Made by a program: the position numbers and the translations under genes. This document shows positions 57,196 through 64,000 of a stretch of DNA of 64,000 nt, piece by piece (position 1 is the first letter of the stretch; every line of letters begins with the position of its first letter). Source of the DNA: Nocardioides sp. (lineage in GTDB: Bacteria; Actinomycetota; Actinomycetes; Propionibacteriales; Nocardioidaceae); the NCBI RefSeq assembly GCF_044226305.1, contig NZ_JBGAHF010000013.1, forward strand, positions 33,883 to 97,882, written 5' to 3'. The notes beneath the pieces are model-generated. The model made no database searches. It saw only the letters and a list, made by a program, of their open reading frames with translations, and was not told the DNA's origin.

Positions 57196-57698
57196 GCGGC
57201 CGTGTCTTCCTCGTCGAGGGCGGCGCGGTCCGCGGCACGCGCCTTCCGCAGCAGCTCCTTCTGCAACCGGAGCCGCCGCCGACGCGAGGTCCGGACCTCC
57301 CTGCGCATCTCGAAGCGGATCCGGTTGCGGGTCTCGGCGTCGAGCGCCCGCCGGACGCCGTGCGCCAGCGACGCGGCCTTGACGACCGTCTCGCGCAGCA
57401 CCAGGTCGGCGAACAGCGCACCGCCGACCTGCGGGGCGGCACCCGGCTCGGGCCCGGGCTCGGTCGCTGCCTGTCCGAGGTCGGTGATGAGGAACTCGGC
57501 GTCGGCCGCGGGTCGCGGGTCGGCCCGGTCCACCCGGCGCTCGAGCTCCTCGAGCTGCGCCTGGAGCGCCGCGGTCTCGGCACGGGCGCGGTCCAGCTCC
57601 TGGGCGGTGCGGGACCGGGCGCGCACGAGCACCACGCCGAGCCCCAGCGCGACGGCCGCGAGCCCGATCGCCAGCACGGGCACGATCCAGTCCTGCAT
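57192..57698 (-). CDS. hypothetical membrane-anchored coiled-coil protein
   Basis: N-terminal TM, heptad-like AQELDRARAETAALQAQLEELERR, Arg-rich C-terminal helix; overlapping stop/start with the next gene. Confidence 0.75.
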   Translation of the reverse strand: MQDWIVPVLAIGLAAVALGLGVVLVRARSRTAQELDRARAETAALQAQLEELERRVDRADPRPAADAEFLITDLGQAATEPGPEPGAAPQVGGALFADLVLRETVVKAASLAHGVRRALDAETRNRIRFEMRREVRTSRRRRLRLQKELLRKARAADRAALDEEDTAA

Positions 57699-57752
57699 GG
57701 TGACCGACCCTATCGCGGGGTCATCGGCCGAGCCCGCCGAGACCCCGCACGC

Positions 57753-59117
57753 TCACGCGTCCCCGCCTCGGATGATGCGACGGACCCGCTCCCACCGCTC
57801 CTTGATGGCGGCCTCGGCGCCCAACGAGGTCGGCTGGTAGTACGCGCGGTCGAGCACGACGTCCGGGGCGTACTGCTGCTCGGCGATGCCGTAGGGCTCG
57901 TCGTGGCTGTAGGTGTAGGTGCTGCCGTGCCCGATCTTCTTCGCACCCGCGTAGTGGGCGTCACGCAGGTGTGGCGGCACCTGACCGATCTTCCCGGCCC
58001 GGACGTCGGCGAGGGCTGCTCCGATCGCCGTGGTGACGGCGTTCGACTTCGGCGCCACCGCGAGGGCGATCGTCGCGTGGGCCAGGGTCAGCTGGGCCTC
58101 GGGCATCCCGATCAGCTGCACCGTCTGCGCAGCCGCGACCGCGGTCGCGAGCGCGGTCGGGTCCGCCAGGCCGATGTCCTCGGAGGCGAGGATCATCAAC
58201 CGGCGGGTGATGAAGCGGGGATCCTCCCCCGCCTCGATCATCCGGGCCAGGTAGTGCAGCGCGGCGTCCGCGTCGGAGCCGCGCACCGACTTGATGAACG
58301 CGCTGACGACGTCGTAGTGCTGGTCCCCCTGGCGGTCGTAGCGGACCGCAGCCCGGTCGACGGCGGTCTCGGCGGTCGCCAGGTCGACGGTGGCGAGCCC
58401 CTGGGACGTGGCCGCGCCCGCGGCCGCCTCGAGGTAGGTCAGGGAGCGACGGGCGTCACCGCCGGCGAGCCGGACGAGGTGGTCGAGCGCCACGTCCTCG
58501 ACGGTGACCGCACCCGCGAGGCCCCGCTCGTCGACGATCGCCTGCTCCAGCACCGCGCGGACGTCGTCGTCCGAGAGCGACTCGAGCCGGAGCAGCAGGC
58601 TGCGCGAGAGCAGCGGCGAGATCACGCTGAAGAACGGGTTCTCGGTGGTAGCGGCAACCAGCGTCACCCACCGGTTCTCCACCCCGGGCAGCAGGGCGTC
58701 CTGTTGCGCCTTGCTGAACCGGTGCACCTCGTCGACGAAGAGCACGGTCTCCCGGCCGCCGGCGACCAGCTCCGCGCGCGCGGCGTCGATCGCTGCACGC
58801 ACCTCCTTGACGCCGGCCGAGACCGCGGACACCTCGACGAAGCGGCGGTCGGTCTGCTGGCTCACGATCGCCGCGATCGTGGTCTTGCCGGTGCCGGGCG
58901 GCCCCCACAGCAGCAGCGACATCGGCTGGTCGCCCTCGACCAGCCGGCGCAGGGGCGAGCCCGGGGCGCGCAGCTGCTCCTGCCCCACGAGCTCGTCGAG
59001 GGTGCGCGGCCGCATCCGCACCGCCAGCGGCGCCGACGCGTGGGTGTTCGCGTTCAGCGAGCCGCCCCCGGACCGGGGACCGGTGCCGGGGGCGTCGAAG
59101 AGTCCGTCGTCCACCAT
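57753..59117 (-). CDS. rarA: replication-associated recombination protein A (MgsA)
   Basis: Start MVDDGL (59117); [67 protein letters not shown]. Confidence 0.96.
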   Translation of the reverse strand: MVDDGLFDAPGTGPRSGGGSLNANTHASAPLAVRMRPRTLDELVGQEQLRAPGSPLRRLVEGDQPMSLLLWGPPGTGKTTIAAIVSQQTDRRFVEVSAVSAGVKEVRAAIDAARAELVAGGRETVLFVDEVHRFSKAQQDALLPGVENRWVTLVAATTENPFFSVISPLLSRSLLLRLESLSDDDVRAVLEQAIVDERGLAGAVTVEDVALDHLVRLAGGDARRSLTYLEAAAGAATSQGLATVDLATAETAVDRAAVRYDRQGDQHYDVVSAFIKSVRGSDADAALHYLARMIEAGEDPRFITRRLMILASEDIGLADPTALATAVAAAQTVQLIGMPEAQLTLAHATIALAVAPKSNAVTTAIGAALADVRAGKIGQVPPHLRDAHYAGAKKIGHGSTYTYSHDEPYGIAEQQYAPDVVLDRAYYQPTSLGAEAAIKERWERVRRIIRGGDA

Positions 59118-59137
59118 CGGAGGGGAGGCGTCGGCTG

Positions 59138-60448
59138 CTAGGCGCTCGCCATCGTCTTCCGCTCCAGGTCGAACCAGGTGTCCGAGAAGCCGGGCTCGTT
59201 GCCGACCTCGCTGCTCGGCGTGGCACCGGGGTTCGGCGTGCCGCTGTCGTCGACCCCCAGGAGCGAGGCCGTCACCGGGCGGTCCGGGTGGTGCCCGAGC
59301 TCGCCCGCGAAGTGGCAGGCGACCTTGTGCCGCTTGCCGACCTGGAGCAGCGGCGGCTCGACCCGGGCACAGATCTCCTGCGCGAGCGGGCAGCGGGTCC
59401 GGAACCGGCACCCGGACGGCGGGTTGATCGGGCTGGGCACGTCGCCCTGCAGCCGGATCCGCTCGCGCCGACCGCCGATGGCGGCCTGCTTCACGTCCGG
59501 CACGGCCGAGAGGAGCGCCTGCGTGTAGGGGTGGTTCGGGCGGTTGTAGAGCGTCTCGCGGTCGGCGATCTCGACGATCTTGCCGAGGTACATCACCGCG
59601 ACCTCGGGGCAGAAGTGCCGCACGACCGCCAGGTCGTGCGCGACGAACAGGAACGAGATCCCGAACTCCTTCTGCACGTCCTGCAGCAGGTTGATGACCT
59701 GCGCCTGGATGGAGACGTCCAGGGCCGAGACCGGCTCGTCGGCCACCAGCACCTTCGGCTGGAGCGTGAGCGCCCTGGCGATGCCGATGCGCTGGCGCTG
59801 GCCACCGGAGAACTCGTGCGGGTAGCGGTTGTAGTGCTCCGGGTTCAGGCCGACGATCTCGAGCAGCTCCTGCACGCGCGGCAGGATCTTGTCCTTCGGC
59901 ACCACGTTGTGGATCGCCAGGGGCGCCCCCACGATCGCACCGACCGTGTGCCGCGGGTTCAGCGACGTGTAGGGGTCCTGGAAGATCATCTGGATCTCAC
60001 GCCGCAGCGGCTTGAGGCCGCGCGCCGAGGTCTTCGTGATGTCCTTGCCGTCGAAGACGATCGACCCACCGGTCGGCTCGTAGAGCCGGGTGATCAGCCG
60101 GCCGGTCGTCGACTTGCCGCAGCCGGACTCGCCGACCAGGCCGAGCGCGCCGCCCGCGGGGAGCTGGAAGGAGATCCCGTCGACGGCCTGGACGTGGCCG
60201 ATCGTGCGCCGGACGATGCCCGCCGACTTCACCGGGAAGTACATCCGCAGGTCGCGGACCTCCAGGATCGTCTTGGCGTCGACGGGGGCGACCGACGGCG
60301 CGTGCGGCACCTCCTTCTCGACGAAGGTCGCCGCGTCGTCGGTGGGGTCCTCGCTGTGGCTCGCCATGTTCTCGCCGGGCATGCCGGCGAAGGTCGGCAG
60401 CTCCTCGGAGTTCGGGTCCCCGAATCCGATCGGGCCTTGGTTGCTCAT
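59138..60448 (-). CDS. oppF: peptide/oligopeptide ABC transporter ATP-binding subunit (OppF/DppF type)
   Basis: Start MSNQGP (60448); [37 protein letters not shown]-terminal CRF.TRCP...C...CH. Confidence 0.92.
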   Translation of the reverse strand: MSNQGPIGFGDPNSEELPTFAGMPGENMASHSEDPTDDAATFVEKEVPHAPSVAPVDAKTILEVRDLRMYFPVKSAGIVRRTIGHVQAVDGISFQLPAGGALGLVGESGCGKSTTGRLITRLYEPTGGSIVFDGKDITKTSARGLKPLRREIQMIFQDPYTSLNPRHTVGAIVGAPLAIHNVVPKDKILPRVQELLEIVGLNPEHYNRYPHEFSGGQRQRIGIARALTLQPKVLVADEPVSALDVSIQAQVINLLQDVQKEFGISFLFVAHDLAVVRHFCPEVAVMYLGKIVEIADRETLYNRPNHPYTQALLSAVPDVKQAAIGGRRERIRLQGDVPSPINPPSGCRFRTRCPLAQEICARVEPPLLQVGKRHKVACHFAGELGHHPDRPVTASLLGVDDSGTPNPGATPSSEVGNEPGFSDTWFDLERKTMASA

Positions 60449-61491
60449 CGCTCCTCCACCAGGTCCGGCGCGATCGCCGGCAGGACCTCTTGCTCGAACA
60501 CGAGATAGGAATCGGGGATGTGGCACCGCTTCAGGTGCGTCTCCGAACGGCTGCCCGGGACCAGCTCGGGCAGGGTCGTCGCGCACAGGTCGCCCTCGAC
60601 CTTGTCCTGGAAGGTGCACCGCGGGTGGAACATGCATCCCGGCGGCGGGCTCAGCAGGCTGGGCGGGTTGCCCGGGATCGGGATCAGCGCCGCGTTGGGG
60701 TCACCACCCACCTCCGGGATGCTGGAGAGGAGCCCCCACGTGTAGGGCATCTCGGGGTGGGTGAGGATCTCCTTCGTCGTGCCGTACTCGACGGCCCGGC
60801 CGGCGTACATCACCAGCACGTCGTCGGCCATCTCGGCGACGACACCCAGGTCGTGGGTGATGATGATGACGGCGGAGTCGAACTCGCGCTGCAGGTCCTG
60901 GAGGAGGTCGAGGATCTGCGCCTGGACGGTCACGTCGAGCGCGGTGGTCGGCTCGTCGGCGATCAGCAGGCCCGGGTTGTTGATGAGGCCCATCGCGATC
61001 ATCGCGCGCTGCCGCATGCCGCCGGAGAACTGGTGCGGGTAGTCGTCCACCCGCCGGTCCGGCTGCGGGATGCCGACCCGGTCGAGCATCTCGATCGCGC
61101 GGGCCTTGGCGGCCTTCTTGCTGACGTCGTGGTGGACGCGGTACGCCTCACCGATCTGGTTGCCGACGGTGTAGTAGGGGTGCATCGCCGAGAGCGGGTC
61201 CTGGAAGATCATCGAGACCTCCTTGCCCCGGCGACGACGCATGTCCTCGTCGCTGATCTTGAGCAGGTCGACGCCGTCGAGCAGGATCTCGCCGCTGACG
61301 ATCGCGCTGGTCTTGCGGTGCAGGCCCAGGATCGCCGAGCTCGAGACCGACTTGCCGGAGCCGGACTCGCCCACGATCCCGAGCGTCTTGCCCCTCTCGA
61401 GGTCGAAGGAGAGCCCGTCGGTCGCCTTGACGACCCCGTCGACCGTCGGGAAGTGGACCTTCAGGTCCCGGACGGAAAGAAAGCTGGACAA
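60445..61491 (-). CDS. oppD: peptide ABC transporter ATP-binding subunit (OppD/DppD type)
   Basis: TTG start; [43 protein letters not shown]. Confidence 0.93.
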   Translation of the reverse strand: MSSFLSVRDLKVHFPTVDGVVKATDGLSFDLERGKTLGIVGESGSGKSVSSSAILGLHRKTSAIVSGEILLDGVDLLKISDEDMRRRRGKEVSMIFQDPLSAMHPYYTVGNQIGEAYRVHHDVSKKAAKARAIEMLDRVGIPQPDRRVDDYPHQFSGGMRQRAMIAMGLINNPGLLIADEPTTALDVTVQAQILDLLQDLQREFDSAVIIITHDLGVVAEMADDVLVMYAGRAVEYGTTKEILTHPEMPYTWGLLSSIPEVGGDPNAALIPIPGNPPSLLSPPPGCMFHPRCTFQDKVEGDLCATTLPELVPGSRSETHLKRCHIPDSYLVFEQEVLPAIAPDLVEER

Positions 61492-61501
61492 GGTTCTCCC
61501 C

Positions 61502-62518
61502 TCAGCCGACGCGGACGCGCGGGTCGATGACGGCGTACAGGACGTCGACGATGATGTTGGCGACGATCACGAACGCTCCCAGGAGGAGCACCAGGCCCAC
61601 GATCGTGGGCAGGTCGTAGGTCAAGTTCGACTGCACGGCCAGCTTTCCGAGTCCGTTGTAGTTGAAGACTGTCTCGGTGATGATCGCACCACCCATCAAA
61701 CCGGCGAAGTCCAGGCCGATCAGGGTGACCAGGGGGGTGAGCGCCGCACGCATGCTGTGCTTCACCAGGACCCGGCGGCTCTTGAGGCCCTTGGCCCGCG
61801 CGGTCCGGATGTAGTCCTCGGTCATGGACTCCAGCACGAAGGCGCGGGTCATCCGCACGTAGCCCGCCATGTAGAGCAGGGCGAGCGTGAGGCCGGGCAG
61901 CAGCAGGCCCTGGAGCCAGAGTCCGACCCCTCCCTCCGCTATCGGGGTGTACTCGGGGATCGGCACCCACTCCCACTTGATCGCGACGAACTTGAGGAGG
62001 AACAGGCCGATGAAGAACGCCGGGAAGGCGTAGAAGACGAGGGAGAACGCGACGATGCCGCGGTCCATGATCGTGCCCTTCTTGACCGCGGCGATGGTCC
62101 CGAAGATCACCCCGCCCGACACCCACATCACGAGGGCGGCGAGGGCGAGGGAGAGCGAGACCGGGAAGGCCTCCTTGATCTCGCTGTTGACGGTGGCACT
62201 GTTGACGACGGAGTAGCCCATGCAGGGGGCCGGGCAGCTGCTGACCAGCTGCGGCGCCTTCTCCCGCAGCGCGGGGTCGTTGGGGTACTCACGGCCGGCG
62301 ACCACGCCGCGCATGAAGTCGGTCCACTGGACCACGACGGGCTGATCGTAGCCGAGCGCCTTGTTGGTCTGCTCGATCAGGGCCGGCGAGCAGTTCTTGC
62401 CGCAGGCGTAGCGGCCGGGGTCGACCGGCGAGGCGAAGAAGAGCACGAACGTCACGAAGCTCATCAGGATCAGCAGGATCACGCCGATGAACAAGCGGCG
62501 GACGACGTAGGCGAACAT
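61502..62518 (-). CDS. oppB: peptide ABC transporter permease (OppB/DppB type)
   Basis: Start MFAYVVRRL (62518); EAA motif EDYIRTARAKGL, GGAIITETVF...G.G. Confidence 0.93.
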   Translation of the reverse strand: MFAYVVRRLFIGVILLILMSFVTFVLFFASPVDPGRYACGKNCSPALIEQTNKALGYDQPVVVQWTDFMRGVVAGREYPNDPALREKAPQLVSSCPAPCMGYSVVNSATVNSEIKEAFPVSLSLALAALVMWVSGGVIFGTIAAVKKGTIMDRGIVAFSLVFYAFPAFFIGLFLLKFVAIKWEWVPIPEYTPIAEGGVGLWLQGLLLPGLTLALLYMAGYVRMTRAFVLESMTEDYIRTARAKGLKSRRVLVKHSMRAALTPLVTLIGLDFAGLMGGAIITETVFNYNGLGKLAVQSNLTYDLPTIVGLVLLLGAFVIVANIIVDVLYAVIDPRVRVG

Positions 62519-62602
62519 CGGGGGACCACCTCGGGGATTCTCGAGCGCTGGGCTGGGCCTGCAGGTTGTGCTGGCTACAGCATGCACCCTGGACGGAGGT
62601 GA

Positions 62603-62633
62603 GGGTGAGGGCCTCGCGACGAGACCCTCACCC
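62603..62633 (-). terminator. intergenic stem-loop after the substrate-binding protein gene
   Basis: GGGTGAGGG-c-CTCG-cgac/gac-CGAG-a-CCCTCACCC; no U-tract, so likely an mRNA stabiliser or partial terminator. Confidence 0.55.
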
Positions 62634-62718
62634 CCGCACGTCGGGGGGGCGGGCCTTGCACGGCCAGGCGGCCGCCCGCGGCGACCGCCCGACGCAGGTG
62701 TTGCGGATGCTGATGTGA

Positions 62719-64000
62719 TCAGCTGGAGACGCCGATGGCACCCAGGTCCGGGTAGCCGTTCGACGACGGGGTCGTCGTGTAGTTGGTGACGTCCGAGCCG
62801 TACATCATGTAGAACTTCGTGATGCTGAGCGGGATGTAGGCCACGTCCTCGCCGAGCTGGATGTCAGCCTGCTGCAGGGCAGCGGTCTGGGCGTCCAGGT
62901 CGGACGCGTTCTGCGCCTCGTCCACGATCTTGTTGAAGGCGTCGCTGTCGTAGGCGCCGTAGTCCTGGCCGTCGCTGGCGGCGGTCAGGTTCGGGCGGCT
63001 GTCGAACAGCGGCGGCGTCACGGTGATGGCGGACGGCCAGTCGGCACCCCAGCCACCCCACATCACGTCGGAGTCCTTGTCCGGCTTCTGGATCACGGTG
63101 TAGTAGGTGTCACCGAGGCCGTCGAGCGTGACGTCGAAGCCAGCCTTGTCCCAGGTGTCCTTCAGCGCAGCGGCCCACTTGTCGGCGGTGTCGCTGGTCG
63201 GGTAGGTGAACTTGATCGGAACCGGGGTCTGGACGCCGGCGTCCTTGAGGATCTGCAGCGCCTGGTCCGGGTCACCCTCGTTGGGGCCGGCGAACGCCGG
63301 GTTCTCCTTGTAGCCGACCACGGCCGGGCTCACGATCGACTCGGCCGGGGAACCGGCCTTGTCGCCACCGAGCGCCACGTTGTAGGCGTCGGAGTTCGTG
63401 GAGACGGCGAGGGCCTTGCGGACCGCCGGGTTCGACATGGTCTCGGACCGGAAGTTCGGGACCAGGTAGTAGACGTACGGCGAGTCGACGAGGACGGAGC
63501 GGTCAGCAACCGCACCCTCGACCTGCGAGTAGTACGCCGGCGGGATGCTCGTGCCGGTGACGGCGTTCGCGTCCGTGTCCGCGATCAGGCGGTCGTACTG
63601 GGTCTCCGGGGTCAGACCGATCTGGAACTCGATCGAGTCGGGCAGCGCCTTGCGCAGCTCCGGGTCGTCGGTGGAGGCGTCGTACTGGTCGTTGCGGACC
63701 AGCGTGCCGCCCTTGTTCTTGCTCCAGGTGCCGTCCAGCTTGTACGGGCCGTTGGAGAAGATCTGGTAGTTCGACTTCTCGCCCTGGTCCTTGTCCTTGC
63801 GGTACGGGTCCATCATGTGGAGACCCGCGATCGCCAGCGGGAAGTCCGGCCACGGCTTGTTGAAGTGGTACGTGATGGTGTTGCCGTCACAGGTGACGGC
63901 CTTGTCGTACAGGTCCTGGCCCTCGCCGGTGTAGGGACCCTTGTACGCCGGGAGCCCGTCCTTGTCGGTGGGGATGTCCAGGTAGCTCAGGATGTAGTTC
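62719..64000 (-). CDS. oppA: peptide ABC transporter substrate-binding protein (family 5), 5' end outside the window
   Basis: Open frame to the window edge; FSNGPYK, LVRND.Y, VRKAL, GWGADWPS, C-terminal PDLGAIGV. Confidence 0.88.
   Translation of the reverse strand, partial: NYILSYLDIPTDKDGLPAYKGPYTGEGQDLYDKAVTCDGNTITYHFNKPWPDFPLAIAGLHMMDPYRKDKDQGEKSNYQIFSNGPYKLDGTWSKNKGGTLVRNDQYDASTDDPELRKALPDSIEFQIGLTPETQYDRLIADTDANAVTGTSIPPAYYSQVEGAVADRSVLVDSPYVYYLVPNFRSETMSNPAVRKALAVSTNSDAYNVALGGDKAGSPAESIVSPAVVGYKENPAFAGPNEGDPDQALQILKDAGVQTPVPIKFTYPTSDTADKWAAALKDTWDKAGFDVTLDGLGDTYYTVIQKPDKDSDVMWGGWGADWPSAITVTPPLFDSRPNLTAASDGQDYGAYDSDAFNKIVDEAQNASDLDAQTAALQQADIQLGEDVAYIPLSITKFYMMYGSDVTNYTTTPSSNGYPDLGAIGVSS

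Noticed and set aside
59138-64000. Opp cluster apparently missing OppC
   Set aside because: The cluster is cut by the window edge; the second permease probably lies upstream of oppA.

Overview
High-GC actinobacterial chromosome segment, Nocardioides-like by gene content and order (inference, no search run). It is almost entirely core genes on the minus strand: hisGE, an FMN-riboswitch-led rib operon, rpe, rsmB-fmt-def-priA, metK-coaBC-rpoZ-gmk-mIHF, the PyrR-controlled pyr/car operon, nusB-efp, the aro operon, mltG-ruvX-alaS, rarA and an Opp/Dpp-type ABC transporter. Accessory insertions are a Prim-Pol/ABC-ATPase divergent pair, an M4 protease, a molybdoenzyme/cytochrome b pair, an arcDABC operon, a MinD/ParA-like ATPase, and two flavoprotein disulfide reductase paralogs around a membrane protein. 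I saw no rRNA, tRNA, CRISPR array, integrase or transposase. The strongest candidate for something undescribed is in the pyr operon. Next to an intact quinone-dependent (class 2) PyrD sits a PyrK plus a class-1B PyrD-like protein that has lost the catalytic Cys loop and the substrate-binding Asn residues but keeps flavin-binding motifs, which fits either a repurposed redox module or a decaying gene pair. The same operon has a PyrB whose STRT motif reads SSRS, a proline-iminopeptidase-like gene coupled between pyrC and carA, and a 71-bp inverted-repeat element read through at the 3' end of carA. Also noted: an unannotated 36-codon ORF, a probable CTG start for coaBC, and mutually exclusive hairpins over the aroQ stop. 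All product calls come from motif recognition and synteny only.
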